Positions 29,263-39,643 of a DNA stretch of 64,000 nt are shown here, piece by piece. This DNA is from Leptolyngbyaceae cyanobacterium (lineage in GTDB: Bacteria > Cyanobacteriota > Cyanobacteriia > Phormidesmidales > Phormidesmidaceae). Positions within the stretch are counted from its first letter, which is position 1; each line of letters starts with the position of its first letter. A program made the position numbers and the translations under genes. The stretch spans positions 1,696,001 to 1,760,000 of the forward strand of contig CBDHHL010000056.1 in the NCBI GenBank assembly GCA_965263355.1, given 5' to 3'. The notes under the pieces were generated by a model. It had not been told where the DNA came from and searched no databases. It saw only the letters and a program-made list of their open reading frames with translations.

Positions 29263-29393
29263 TGTTAGGAACCTCTAAATTCACCATGACGAGTTTTCCC
29301 GAGGCCGTCAACAGATTCAGAGCATTGTTGAAATGCTTAATAGATCTGCTAAACATTTGTATCTTCTGAGGTGGGTCGGTCTCATTTTTAGAT

Positions 29394-29427
29394 TTTGTAG
29401 AGGCGTTCCATGGAACGCCTCTACAAA
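29394..29427. repeat. Perfect 34-bp palindrome, GTAG REP-like
   Basis: TTTGTAGAGGCGTTCCA|TGGAACGCCTCTACAAA. Confidence 0.85.
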
Positions 29428-29432
29428 TCCCT

Positions 29433-30497
29433 TTACACCGACCGTCCTTTTAATTCATCCACATCCAGCAAACTGACCAGCACGCCAGCAATGGGAATTG
29501 CTAGAAATAATCCCAATAGCCCGGCCACCCGCACACCAACAATCAGGGCAAAAAACATGACAACAGGATTAATATTTAGAGAATCTCGCATCACGTGGGG
29601 TAAAAGCACATTCTCTTCAACCTGCTGTAATAAAACACATACCACTACTGATTGGATCGCTATGCCAAGCCCCTGAGATAACAACAGCAGCCCCACCAAA
29701 CTAACGCCGAGGGTGGCCCCAATCCCAGGAATCAAGTCAAATAGACCGGCGATTACTGCAAGCACTAGGGCATAGGGAATTTTTAATAACAAAAAGACAA
29801 CAAATGTGGAGATAGCAAAAAAGATCGACAGCAGTAACCGTCCCCAAAAAAAGCCCAGAAGATTTTTCTGAATGGTGATGGTTAAGTGCTGGCGCTGATG
29901 CTTAGGTACGGCGTTGAGTAGCCATCGCCACAGCCGTGGACCATCTAGCATCATAAAAAATGTCACAACAGCAATCAAAATACCGTTGATAAAATTCTCT
30001 AACAGTGTCTGTACCAGTCCCAGGCCAGATCCTAGTAAGGTAGTTGCTTGCTGCTGTAGCTGTAATCCTAAGGTTTGCAAATCGACCTGCACATTCCACT
30101 GTTGTAATGTGGTTTCAATGCGTTCAATTAACGGCAGTAGAGAATTGAGAAAATCTGTACTGTTTTCTAATAAGCTCTGGCCCTGAGTAATGACGGCTAA
30201 TGCCAGTGTGGTGGTCATGCCCCCAACCAGGACTAATGCCACCATAAAGACAACAAATACAGCAATGCCATGGGGTAAAAACCGACGACACCATCGCACC
30301 GGATAGCTGAGTAAAAATGCCAAAATTGTAGAGATCACAAAAATAACCACTACAAGTTCAAAATAGTTAAGTACTTGCAGTACCCCCCAGCCACTGGCTA
30401 ATAGCAGCAAAAATCGTACCAGGACCGAATTGTCTAACTGGGCCAAAACGGTCTGCAGTTTTGCTAATGGGGGCTGTGGGTTAGGTTGAGGAGCCAC
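29433..30497 (-). CDS. AI-2E family transporter
   Basis: LAFLLSYPV, FFMMLDG, DLIPGIG, QQVEENVLLP, GLFLAIP. Confidence 0.92.
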   Translation of the reverse strand: MAPQPNPQPPLAKLQTVLAQLDNSVLVRFLLLLASGWGVLQVLNYFELVVVIFVISTILAFLLSYPVRWCRRFLPHGIAVFVVFMVALVLVGGMTTTLALAVITQGQSLLENSTDFLNSLLPLIERIETTLQQWNVQVDLQTLGLQLQQQATTLLGSGLGLVQTLLENFINGILIAVVTFFMMLDGPRLWRWLLNAVPKHQRQHLTITIQKNLLGFFWGRLLLSIFFAISTFVVFLLLKIPYALVLAVIAGLFDLIPGIGATLGVSLVGLLLLSQGLGIAIQSVVVCVLLQQVEENVLLPHVMRDSLNINPVVMFFALIVGVRVAGLLGLFLAIPIAGVLVSLLDVDELKGRSV

Positions 30498-30810
30498 TGC
30501 TGGTGTCTGCTGCCTGCAAAATCTCTTGCACTAGGACGTAGGGCTGAACAATTAAAGACTGCAATTGATGGCTAGGGCCAGTAGCCCCCCAAAGCTTAAG
30601 TTGCGCTTCAGTAGGTTTAGTGATTAACTGCTCACCAATCCAACGTTGAACTGATTGCACATTATCGTTCGTTAAGGCTATACCAACATCTACAAGGTCA
30701 AGCTGAGGATCGACAAAAACAACGGCATCTCTGGCAATATGAGGCTTAAGCCAATTCCATTGAGTCGGTCCCACCATGTTGGCTAAGGCTTGTCGCAGTT
30801 CTTGGCTCAT
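30481..30810 (-). CDS. DUF2288 family protein
   Basis: W.WL.PH..RDAVV.V...LDLV.VG, LIVQPYVLVQE. Confidence 0.85.
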   Translation of the reverse strand: MSQELRQALANMVGPTQWNWLKPHIARDAVVFVDPQLDLVDVGIALTNDNVQSVQRWIGEQLITKPTEAQLKLWGATGPSHQLQSLIVQPYVLVQEILQAADTSSGSST

Positions 30811-30895
30811 GGATATGCTCCGCTGGTTGGGGATCGGTAAAAGAGGATCGGTAAAAATTTATCACTCTGATTAAAAAATGATTGTAACCATTGCG

Positions 30896-31546
30896 TCACC
30901 GTCCAAGGTCGTGCATGGTATGGATGCGATCGCAACAATAATCGGTAACAGACTTTAGTGCGGCCTTGTCTTTAGTCGATGCTGGGGGCGCAATGGGCTG
31001 ACCAATCCTTACAGTCACAGGTAAAGGCTTGGGAAATTTGGCACCACGCGGCAAAATGCGATGGGTACCCCACAAACTTACAGGCACCAAAGGCACCTGA
31101 GCCTTTGCCGCCAGCATCGCTGCTCCCAGCTTGGGGTCTGGAATTCGAGCATCAACGGTGCGAGTACCTTGAAGAAAAATCCCTACGGCCCAGCCCTGTT
31201 CTAACTGTTGTAATGCTGCCTGAATGGCTCCCCGAGCTGAACCACCCCGTTTGATCGGATAAGCCCCATAGGCTCGAATGGCTGGTGCTAAAACGGGGAT
31301 CTTAAATAATTCCTGTTTGGCCATGTAGGAAACTGGACGACGCACACAGGAAGAAACAATGGGTGGGTCAAAGTCACTGGCATGGTTAGCAACCACCAAT
31401 ACAGGACCTGATTTAGGCATGTTTTCTGCACCATATATACGGCCTCGCAAATACCCCCGTAACATCGGGTTTACTACCGACCACTTAAACAAGTGATAGA
31501 GAACGAGGCTAAGCTTAGGCTCACGCTGTCGTTGGGTATGATTCAC
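30896..31546 (-). CDS. plsC: 1-acyl-sn-glycerol-3-phosphate acyltransferase
   Basis: NHASDFD (HX4D), MAKQELF, FLQGTRT; in the plsX-fabH-fabD operon. Confidence 0.9.
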   Translation of the reverse strand: MNHTQRQREPKLSLVLYHLFKWSVVNPMLRGYLRGRIYGAENMPKSGPVLVVANHASDFDPPIVSSCVRRPVSYMAKQELFKIPVLAPAIRAYGAYPIKRGGSARGAIQAALQQLEQGWAVGIFLQGTRTVDARIPDPKLGAAMLAAKAQVPLVPVSLWGTHRILPRGAKFPKPLPVTVRIGQPIAPPASTKDKAALKSVTDYCCDRIHTMHDLGR

Positions 31547-31570
31547 AGCCTACGATTCCATTGAGCACTC

Positions 31571-32482
31571 TTATGCCATCACCTGAACTCGATCTAAAAC
31601 ACTGGCAACAGCTTCAGCTTGCTCTAAAGTAGATACATTCTTAAGAATCAAACTACGACAGGTGCGCTTGATCAAACCTGCCAAAACCCTACCGGGGCCT
31701 ACTTCAATCACAGTGTCAATGGCCTGTTCCGGTAAGGCTAGAGAAATTTCTCGCCAACGCACTGATCCCGTCATTTGCTGCATCAGTCGCTGTTTGAGGA
31801 CATCCCCATCTGTACTAGGCGTGGGATCGACGTTTGAGAGCACCGGAACACAAGCATTCTTAAACGGCACACTCGCTAAAATCTGATCAAACTCATAGGA
31901 CGCAGGAGCCATTAGTGGAGAGTGGAAAGCACCACCAACATTGAGTTTGACGGTACGCTTTGATTTAATATCGGCGATGACAGCATCCACGGCCTCAGGT
32001 GTGCCAGAAATAACCACTTGACCGGGATTGTTATCATTTGCCAGGACGACTCCTTCGGTCTCTGCTAGCTTAGCGTCCAAATCATCGCGATCAAATCCCA
32101 TTAATGCTGCCATGGCACCATCATCAGCCTGAGCCATGAGTTCTGCACGACGCTTGACCAAGCATAAACCTGTAACGAAATCAAATACCCCTGCAGTGTA
32201 GAGGGCAGAGTATTCGCCAAGACTATGACCTGCCACCATATCGGGCCTTATACCTTGGTCTTTAAGCGCATCTGCTAATGCACATTCAACAACATAAAGA
32301 CAAGGTTGATTGTAAAGGGTATTGGCCAGTTGAGATTCATCGCCTTGGCACTGTTCTAACACTGACCAGCCCAATACTTCATCAGCTACGGCAAATATCT
32401 CTTGGGCAACGTCAACCAAGTCGCTGCCCATTCCAACAGACTGGGACCCTTGCCCAGGAAATACCCATATGGTCTTAGTCAT
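31571..32482 (-). CDS. fabD: Malonyl-CoA:ACP transacylase
   Basis: FPGQGSQ, GHSLGEY, AFHS, EVGPG. Confidence 0.97.
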   Translation of the reverse strand: MTKTIWVFPGQGSQSVGMGSDLVDVAQEIFAVADEVLGWSVLEQCQGDESQLANTLYNQPCLYVVECALADALKDQGIRPDMVAGHSLGEYSALYTAGVFDFVTGLCLVKRRAELMAQADDGAMAALMGFDRDDLDAKLAETEGVVLANDNNPGQVVISGTPEAVDAVIADIKSKRTVKLNVGGAFHSPLMAPASYEFDQILASVPFKNACVPVLSNVDPTPSTDGDVLKQRLMQQMTGSVRWREISLALPEQAIDTVIEVGPGRVLAGLIKRTCRSLILKNVSTLEQAEAVASVLDRVQVMA

Positions 32483-32560
32483 TGGTCATTAACGTAAACA
32501 TAATGCGTCTAATTCTCACTGTCTCAGTAAATGACCAATTAGAAAAGGTCATATTTAAAC

Positions 32561-32617
32561 TGCGTCCAAGCTGAAACCTGTTGACTCTTCATCGGACAAA
32601 TTCTAGTTCTGGACGTG
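32561..32617 (+). repeat. Dispersed 57-bp hairpin element, copy 3 (fabH-fabD spacer)
   Basis: TGCGTCCAAGCTGAAACCTGTTG...TAGTTCTGGACGTG, then AACAAGGTTTAATT. Confidence 0.75.
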
Positions 32618-32652
32618 AACAAGGTTTAATTAGGGAATTGCTAGGAGAGAGA

Positions 32653-33651
32653 TTAGGACCCCCATTCCAACAGCGCTGCCCCCCAGGTTAATCCTGCACC
32701 AAACCCAGACACGGCAATTTTGTGACCGGTTTCGATCTTACCTGAGCGGACCCATTCATCTAAGGCAATGGGAATTGATGCAGCAGAGGTATTACCATGC
32801 TTGGCCATATTACTGACCACCCGCTCATTTGGTAACTTGAGCCGTTTAGCCACAGCGTCTAAAATACGTTGATTAGCTTGGTGCAAAATTAGCCAATCAA
32901 TATCACTAGCTTCTAGCCTAGCGTGAAAGAGAGTTTTTTCTAAGACTTCAGGAACTCGGCTAACGGCAAAGCGATACACTTCCCGCCCATTCATGGTTAT
33001 GGCTGTAAATGTACCTTTTTGGGTGAAAATGCCATCAAGAAGTGGGACTGATTCTTTCACATAGGTTAAGTTCAAGCAACTATTCAGGCTGCCATCACTG
33101 TGCAGTGTAAAGCCCAGTAAATGGTCGCGATCGCAGGCTTGCATGACCACGGCCCCAGCCCCATCACCAAATAGAACACAGGTGGATCGATCTTGCCAAT
33201 CTACCCAGCGACTCAGCAGGTCAGCCCCTATGACCAAAACATTTTGATAAGTGCCGGTGCGAATAAACTGGGCTGCCGTTACGACGCCAAATACAAACCC
33301 GGAACAAGCGGCTGTTAGATCAAATGCAACGGCTCGGGTAGCACCAATGGCAGTTTGCACCTGACAGGCTGTGCCAAATAAATCATCAGGTGTGGAGGTT
33401 GCTAGGAGAATCAGGTCAATATCTTCAGAGGTGATATTTGCCGCTGCGATCGCTTGTACTGCCGCCTGGGTTGCGAGCACTGCAAGCGACTCGTCTGCGT
33501 TCGCCACATGACGCTGACGGATGCCCGTGCGGGTAGAAATCCACTCATCGGACGTATCGACAATGCGGCTAAGCATGTCATTACTTAGCGCCGTCTCAAC
33601 CTGAGCACTACCGCTACCAATAAAGGCCACACCGGCCACACCGTTTACCAT
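32653..33651 (-). CDS. fabH: Beta-ketoacyl-ACP synthase III
   Basis: DTSDEWI.TRTGI, AACSGF, LFGDGAGA, HQAN, GNTSAASIP. Confidence 0.97.
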   Translation of the reverse strand: MVNGVAGVAFIGSGSAQVETALSNDMLSRIVDTSDEWISTRTGIRQRHVANADESLAVLATQAAVQAIAAANITSEDIDLILLATSTPDDLFGTACQVQTAIGATRAVAFDLTAACSGFVFGVVTAAQFIRTGTYQNVLVIGADLLSRWVDWQDRSTCVLFGDGAGAVVMQACDRDHLLGFTLHSDGSLNSCLNLTYVKESVPLLDGIFTQKGTFTAITMNGREVYRFAVSRVPEVLEKTLFHARLEASDIDWLILHQANQRILDAVAKRLKLPNERVVSNMAKHGNTSAASIPIALDEWVRSGKIETGHKIAVSGFGAGLTWGAALLEWGS

Positions 33652-33657
33652 TGCTTT

Positions 33658-34692
33658 CTAGTCTCCGTTGGTCACTGATGCAGCAACCTTCTGGTACTGC
33701 CCCTGGATATGCCCAATCACACCGTTATCCACAGCCTCTTTAGACAATCGAATCGCGTTAAAAATGGACGGCGCATTAGAGCTGCCGTGACTAATGACAG
33801 CCACACCATTAACCCCTAACAATAGAGCACCGCCATGCTCAGCATGATCGAGACGTTGTTTAATGCGCTTGAGATTGCCTTTAAGAATAAGCACCCCCAG
33901 CTTTCCTAAAATACCGCGTGGCAGCTCCTCTCGGAGAATGTTCATCGCCACTTCACCGATGGCCTCAGCAAACTTCAACAACACATTGCCAACAAAACCA
34001 TCGCAGACAATCACATCAAAGTTACCGGAGAGCACATCTCGACCTTCAGCATTGCCCACAAAGTTGATCACAGTTGACTCGCTCAAGGTCTGATGCACTT
34101 GCACCGCAACATCGTTACCCTTACTGGGCTCTTCACCAATGTTTAGCAAGCCTACCCGTGGATTCTTAGCGCCAAATGCGTATTCAGAATAGACACTCCC
34201 CATCAGCGCAAATTGCTCTAAAAATTTAGGCCGACAGTCAACATTGGCCCCAACATCCAGAATTAAAACAGGCTTACCAGCCACCACCGTTGGAAACACT
34301 GCACCAATAGCAGGTCGGTCAATTCCTTTAATCCGCCCTAAACGTAAAAGAGCAGCTGCCATAGCCGCCCCTGAATGCCCAGCAGATACTACAGCATCAG
34401 CACGGCCCTGCTTCACCATATCCATGGCGACATTAATCGATGCATTTCGCTTTTTTCGCAGAGCACTGAGGGGCTCTTCATGCATTTCAACAGTGCCTTC
34501 AGCTGGCACAATCTCGAGCCGACTTAAACTGTCGGGGTCAGCTACAGAAGACTGAATTTTGTCAGGATCGCCGACAAGCAAGATTTCAACATCTAGCTCT
34601 TCTCTTGCTCTAATAGCTCCAGCAACGATTTCGGCAGGTGCATAATCGCCCCCCATTGCATCAACTGCGATCCGCGCTTGAGTTAAGCCCAT
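33658..34692 (-). CDS. plsX: Phosphate acyltransferase PlsX
   Basis: IAVDAMGGDYAP, LDVGANVD, NIGEE..KG, CDGFVGNV.LK, SHGSS. Confidence 0.97.
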   Translation of the reverse strand: MGLTQARIAVDAMGGDYAPAEIVAGAIRAREELDVEILLVGDPDKIQSSVADPDSLSRLEIVPAEGTVEMHEEPLSALRKKRNASINVAMDMVKQGRADAVVSAGHSGAAMAAALLRLGRIKGIDRPAIGAVFPTVVAGKPVLILDVGANVDCRPKFLEQFALMGSVYSEYAFGAKNPRVGLLNIGEEPSKGNDVAVQVHQTLSESTVINFVGNAEGRDVLSGNFDVIVCDGFVGNVLLKFAEAIGEVAMNILREELPRGILGKLGVLILKGNLKRIKQRLDHAEHGGALLLGVNGVAVISHGSSNAPSIFNAIRLSKEAVDNGVIGHIQGQYQKVAASVTNGD

Positions 34693-34808
34693 CGAATTGA
34701 ATCTATAGAAACTTTAAGAAATTCTATCAGACTGAAACCGAGTGAAAATTTACAACTGCGGTTTTCTGACAAAAGCTCGATCTAAAGCTTCTAAATAGTT
34801 AGACGTTA

Positions 34809-34848
34809 GCCCACAAAAAATGTATAACCAGATACATTTTTTGTGGGC
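34809..34848. terminator. 17-bp perfect inverted repeat downstream of rpaB (likely terminator)
   Basis: GCCCACAAAAAATGTAT-AACCAG-ATACATTTTTTGTGGGC. Confidence 0.6.
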
Positions 34849-34870
34849 AGTCCAGCCATAACAATCTAGG

Positions 34871-35599
34871 CTACTCTTCGCCAGGCTCGACAATCCGTTG
34901 AAAAAGATAGCCAGTGCCTCGGGCCGTCAAAATTAGCTCAGGGTTACTGGGGTCATCCTCTAATTTGGCCCTTAGTCTGGAAATGTGGACATCTACCACC
35001 CGCGTATCAACGTGACGCTCGGGGGTATACCCCCAAACTTCTTGCAAAATTTCAGACCGAGAAAACGGCTCACCTGAGCGACTTACCAGAAGTTCTAGCA
35101 AACTGAATTCCATACCTGTTAGACGAATCCGTTCATCGCCCTTATATACCTGGCGTTTATTGGTATCAATCCGAATATTGTTAATGGTAATGACACCGGA
35201 ACTGGGAATACCTGACGTCCCAGTTTTTTCTACCCGGCGTAGCACCGATCGAATTCTTGCTTCTAACTCTTTAGGGGAGAACGGCTTAACGACATAGTCA
35301 TCAGCGCCCAGCTCAAGACCCGTAATCCGATCAGCGACATCTCCAAGAGCCGTGAGCATAATAATAGGAATATCAGACTCTTTACGTAACTCTTGACATA
35401 CACCATAGCCATCAAGCTTTGGCATCATGACATCTAGCACTACTAAATCTGGAATTTCATGTCTAAAGGTATTCAAGGCTTCTTCACCGTCCGCCGCAGT
35501 CACTACGTCATAACCAATCATCGAAAGACGGGTTTCCAAAATACGACGAATGCTGGCTTCGTCATCGACGACTAAGATTTTCTCTTTTACGCTTTCCAA
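34871..35599 (-). CDS. rpaB: OmpR-family response regulator RpaB (TTG start)
   Basis: KEKILVVDDEASIRRILETRLSMIGY...WGYTPERHVDTRVVDVHISRLR..LEDDPSNPELILTARGTGY. Confidence 0.96.
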   Translation of the reverse strand: MESVKEKILVVDDEASIRRILETRLSMIGYDVVTAADGEEALNTFRHEIPDLVVLDVMMPKLDGYGVCQELRKESDIPIIMLTALGDVADRITGLELGADDYVVKPFSPKELEARIRSVLRRVEKTGTSGIPSSGVITINNIRIDTNKRQVYKGDERIRLTGMEFSLLELLVSRSGEPFSRSEILQEVWGYTPERHVDTRVVDVHISRLRAKLEDDPSNPELILTARGTGYLFQRIVEPGEE

Positions 35600-35879
35600 A
35601 GTTTCTTGAACTCCTACATAACGGCGACGGCAGAAGACTTCGTCCGTTGAAGGGAAGAGTTGAGAACTCTAATCCCCTCCTTGAAAAATAAAACAAATTT
35701 ATCAGGCAACTAGCATCTCAAACACAGGCTAAAACCTAGCAGTTCAACGGAACGTATAACTATGCTCCCGAATCAAAGCTTTATTAGAAGTTATTTAAGA
35801 TAACTTACATTGTATTGCGTTTTTCAGCTCATCGCCTTTTATTGCCAAGGTTTTCAACGTTTCTTAAGGTTATTTTGAC

Positions 35880-35897
35880 TATGTCAAAATTTGTAAT
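35880..35897 (-). promoter_or_regulatory. HLR1-like direct repeat upstream of rpaB
   Basis: Minus strand reads ATTACAAA-TT-TTGACATA. Confidence 0.35.
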
Positions 35898-36058
35898 GTA
35901 TCTTATCGGCATTCTTTGCGTTGGCACGTTTTGCACAGATTTACTTAAAGTTGTTTGTCTGTTGTCAAGGATTTCAGCGGTTACTGCTTTGCTAAAGGCT
36001 ACGGCTTGCTCCACGGTTGGCAAGAATATCAGCTCTAATACTCTTTACCATAGGCATG

Positions 36059-36074
36059 TAGTGCATATGTTTTA
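36059..36074. promoter_or_regulatory. Possible cyanobacterial LexA box upstream of radA
   Basis: TAGTGC-ATA-TGTTTTA, two mismatches to RGTAC-N3-DGTWCB, 9 nt before the radA ATG. Confidence 0.35.
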
Positions 36075-36083
36075 TTAATTGCC

Positions 36084-37526
36084 ATGGCTAAAGCTCGCTC
36101 GATCTACATATGCAATGAATGCGGGGCAGAATCGCGGCAGTACTTTGGCAAATGTGCCGTTTGTGGTAGCTGGAATTCATTAGTAGAGGAAGTAGTGGAG
36201 TCTACAGCTACAAATAGTCGTCCAGGCCGTCGCAAAAGCACTGGCAAAGTCACCAATAGTCAGCCACGCCTTGCCAAAACCTTTAGTCAAATTGCGGACC
36301 ACCCTCAAACGCGCATTGGTTCTGGCTATGGTGAACTAGACCGGGTATTAGGGGGAGGGATTGTGCCCGGTTCCCTAGTGTTAGTAGGCGGCGATCCAGG
36401 TATTGGTAAGTCGACATTACTATTGCAAACGGCTAATCAGTTAGCGACTCGGGATACGGTGTTGTATGTGTGCGCAGAAGAATCGGGGCAGCAGGTAAAG
36501 TTGCGATCGCAACGCCTGGGTATTGCAATCAATCACGGAAAGACCTTAGAGAAGGTGGGCAATGCCCAGCCTACGGAATCACTCTATCTTCTGCCTGAAA
36601 CCGATCTGGAGACCATTCTGTCTGAACTTGAGTCGCTGCGGCCTCGGGTAGCCGTAATCGATAGTATTCAGGCACTTTTCTACAATCAACTGACATCAGC
36701 ACCGGGCTCTGTATCACAGGTACGAGAATGTACATCGGCCCTGATGCAGTTGGCTAAACGGGAAAATATTACTCTGTTTATCGTGGGGCATGTAACTAAA
36801 GAAGGGGCTATTGCTGGCCCTAAAGTGCTAGAACATCTGGTGGATACGGTGTTGTACTTTGAGGGAGATCGGTTTGCTAGCCATCGTTTACTCCGGTCGG
36901 TAAAAAATCGTTTTGGGGCTACCCATGAGTTGGGGGTATTTGAAATGGTTTCCCAGGGGTTAGAGGAAGTGCCTAACCCCTCAGCTTTATTTATGGGCAA
37001 TCGCGATGAACAGGTGCCCGGAATTTCTACGATTGTGGCCTGTGAAGGGTCACGCCCCCTTGTCGTCGAGCTACAATCCTTGGTGAGTCCAACGAGTTAT
37101 AGCTCGCCTAGGCGTTCGGCCACTGGCATTGAGTACAATCGCTTGCTACAAATCCTGGCTGTATTAGAAAAGCGAGTGGGGATCCCTCTATCAAAGTTAG
37201 ATGCCTATGTGGCTTCATCCGGTGGCCTCAACGTAGGTGAACCCGCAGCGGATTTGGGGATTGCCATTGCGGTGGCAGCAAGTTTTCGCGATCGCATCGT
37301 TGATCCAGGATTAGTGCTTATTGGCGAAGTCGGTTTAGGCGGCCAGGTTCGACCCGTTTCCCAAATAGAGTTACGGCTAAAGGAAGCTACAAAGCTCGGA
37401 TTTAAGCGCGCATTGGTACCAAAAGGTCAGAAAATTCAAGGGCTGCCCGTGGAGATTACTGAAGTGGGCAGAGTCGTAGATGCTATAGCAACAGCCCTCG
37501 CGTTCCAGTGTGATCCAGATGAGTGA
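36084..37526 (+). CDS. radA: DNA repair protein RadA/Sms
   Basis: Zn finger CNECG..CAVC, Walker A GDPGIGKST, KNRFG motif. Confidence 0.97.
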   Translation: MAKARSIYICNECGAESRQYFGKCAVCGSWNSLVEEVVESTATNSRPGRRKSTGKVTNSQPRLAKTFSQIADHPQTRIGSGYGELDRVLGGGIVPGSLVLVGGDPGIGKSTLLLQTANQLATRDTVLYVCAEESGQQVKLRSQRLGIAINHGKTLEKVGNAQPTESLYLLPETDLETILSELESLRPRVAVIDSIQALFYNQLTSAPGSVSQVRECTSALMQLAKRENITLFIVGHVTKEGAIAGPKVLEHLVDTVLYFEGDRFASHRLLRSVKNRFGATHELGVFEMVSQGLEEVPNPSALFMGNRDEQVPGISTIVACEGSRPLVVELQSLVSPTSYSSPRRSATGIEYNRLLQILAVLEKRVGIPLSKLDAYVASSGGLNVGEPAADLGIAIAVAASFRDRIVDPGLVLIGEVGLGGQVRPVSQIELRLKEATKLGFKRALVPKGQKIQGLPVEITEVGRVVDAIATALAFQCDPDE

Positions 37527-37546
37527 ACGATTGAACTTCTGCCCCT

Positions 37547-39001
37547 ATGACAGCTCTATTTTCGGATTTTTTGCAACAGCTTAGCCACCTGTTTAACAGT
37601 CAACTATTCAAACTAGGCAGCACTTCCATCACTCCTAGGCTACTAGTTAGTCTATCCATCTGGCTAACCCTGATCTTCTTCACCATTGGGTTAGTCAAAC
37701 GGTTTCTTAAACGGCATCTCCTCGCAGGCATTGATCCAAATAACCGAGAGGCCATTGCCACATTAGTCAGCTATGCCGTTGGCATCGTTGCCATGTTTAT
37801 TGCCATTCAATACACGGGCATTAACCTCAGTTCTTTAAGCATTATCCTAGGCGGCCTTGGTGTCGGTATTGGTTTTGGGTTGCAACATATTGCTGATGAC
37901 TTTATCAGCGGTCTAATTATGCTGTTTGAGCGCACCCTCAAGGTCAACGACCTGATCGAACTGGATGACTATCGCTTTAAAGGCTTAGTCGGTCGGATTA
38001 TCGAAGTTAACCTCAGATCCACCATCATCCGTACCCTCGACGATGGTGATGTGGTGATTCCCAACAATCAACTGATCAAAAATCGAGTTTTAAATTGGAG
38101 TTATAACACCTCTATCGCTCGACTCAAGATTCCAGTGGGTGTTTCCTACGATAGTGACCCCATTTTGGTAACTGAGCTGCTGCTAAAGTCTGCCTATATG
38201 GAACCAGCTGTATGCAATCAACCGATACCCAAAGCTATGTTTTTGGCCTTTGGGGAAGACGCGCTCCAATTTGAACTCTGGGTTTGGGTAGATGTTAATA
38301 AACGCTTCAATGTGCAAAGCTCACTGCACTTCACCATTGAGTACAATCTCAGACAGCACAATATCGAAATTGCCTTCCCTCAAAGAGACGTATGGATTCG
38401 TAACCTTCCACCCTACGGGGATGGTGAAAGTAAGCCCCCTTTCTTTAATCGACAAATTGCTCTGAAACGTCGGTCCATCATACCTGCCCCAATCACCCTT
38501 AAGGACATGTTGCGACAGGTGAGCTATTTTGCTAACTTTAGCGATTTAGAAATTCGTCAGCTGATTGAAATTGGCTATCGTCAGCGCAGCCGGGCTGGAA
38601 CCACACTATTCCATGAAGGTGATCCTGGCAATTCGTTTTATATTTTGCTGGATGGAAAAATCGATATCTTAGCTGAAAAACTCAACCGCCATCTAGCTAC
38701 CATCGAGGCCGGTCAATTTTTTGGTGAGGTAGCCTTATTGCTAGGTGTGCCTCGTACAGCCATGGCTCGAGTAAAAGAAGATGCGTTGCTATTTGTGATT
38801 AATCAGCCTAGCTTTTCTGATTTACTTAGGCGCTATCCTGAACTCTCCAATCAAGTTTTACAGGCCATGGCCCAGCATCGGGATGAACTATCACAACGTC
38901 AGCATGAAATGCGCTCACTCAATTTAGTTGATTCGAGTGAGGATGATGCAAACCCTGTTATCTGGGCCAGGAAGCGCATAAAAAGAATGTTTGATCTGTA
39001 A
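37547..39001 (+). CDS. MscS mechanosensitive channel with C-terminal cNMP-binding domain
   Basis: GGLGVGIGFGLQ, IPNNQL, NWS, IAFPQRD; FHEGDPG..FYI..G, FFGEVALL..PRTA. Confidence 0.92.
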   Translation: MTALFSDFLQQLSHLFNSQLFKLGSTSITPRLLVSLSIWLTLIFFTIGLVKRFLKRHLLAGIDPNNREAIATLVSYAVGIVAMFIAIQYTGINLSSLSIILGGLGVGIGFGLQHIADDFISGLIMLFERTLKVNDLIELDDYRFKGLVGRIIEVNLRSTIIRTLDDGDVVIPNNQLIKNRVLNWSYNTSIARLKIPVGVSYDSDPILVTELLLKSAYMEPAVCNQPIPKAMFLAFGEDALQFELWVWVDVNKRFNVQSSLHFTIEYNLRQHNIEIAFPQRDVWIRNLPPYGDGESKPPFFNRQIALKRRSIIPAPITLKDMLRQVSYFANFSDLEIRQLIEIGYRQRSRAGTTLFHEGDPGNSFYILLDGKIDILAEKLNRHLATIEAGQFFGEVALLLGVPRTAMARVKEDALLFVINQPSFSDLLRRYPELSNQVLQAMAQHRDELSQRQHEMRSLNLVDSSEDDANPVIWARKRIKRMFDL

Positions 39002-39013
39002 TTGCAAGTGAGT

Positions 39014-39520
39014 TTAGCGACTTAACTTAATTTTTGCGGTCACGTACCATGGCCATTGATAATGCTCAGCAATTAGCCATAGCACAATTCCGGCATGGGC
39101 TAGTAGCGTAATCGTTGTCCAAACAACAGAAAATTGACTCAGACCATCACTATCAATAGGGGGGAACATGTAGTTTGAAACAACGATCAGTAAGGCAGGT
39201 AAACAGGCAATTGCCAAGGCAAAGCTCCAAACTACAACCGTAATGTGACCATCAGGCCGATGGTTCTGTCGCCATTTTACCCCTGTCCAAAACCAAACCA
39301 TAGGCTGGACGCTATCCACAATCTGCAAGGACTGCTTTTCTAAATTAGCCGTAAAAATATGTCGACAGAAATTGCAGGCAAAGGCTTCAGTCAACGTTAT
39401 CAGCGATAACTGTCCATGCCCGCAAACCGGACATGAATAGACGTCGTCATAGTTAAGGGTACGCAGCGAACTGTCAGACGACAGGTTGGAGGTCGACAAA
39501 GAGTGGCGCTGGTAACTCAT
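39014..39520 (-). CDS. Hypothetical protein with Zn-ribbon and 2 TM helices
   Basis: CPVC...CNFCRH followed by two hydrophobic helices. Confidence 0.8.
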   Translation of the reverse strand: MSYQRHSLSTSNLSSDSSLRTLNYDDVYSCPVCGHGQLSLITLTEAFACNFCRHIFTANLEKQSLQIVDSVQPMVWFWTGVKWRQNHRPDGHITVVVWSFALAIACLPALLIVVSNYMFPPIDSDGLSQFSVVWTTITLLAHAGIVLWLIAEHYQWPWYVTAKIKLSR

Positions 39521-39643
39521 GAAACGTATACGATAGGTAAGCTTTTCCCTAACGTATGCGTTTTCGAGTGTGGGAGAAATGAATAAGCCGTTTTTCTTAA
39601 TACAACGTTGGAAGCTTAGACAATATCGCTTAACACAATACCT

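Noticed and set aside
30831..30856. GGATCGGTAAAA direct repeat (2 copies)
   Set aside because: Only two short copies; consistent with a local duplication, not a CRISPR array or iteron set.
34822..34835. GTA-TAACCAGA-TAC, a perfect NtcA-like box upstream of plsX
   Set aside because: It is the centre of a 17-bp inverted repeat just after the rpaB stop, so it is explained by a terminator hairpin. No TAN3T lies 21-24 nt downstream on the plsX strand.
35815..36078. Overlapping 87-aa and 64-aa ORFs between rpaB and radA
   Set aside because: They lie in a divergent promoter region and have no recognisable coding features.
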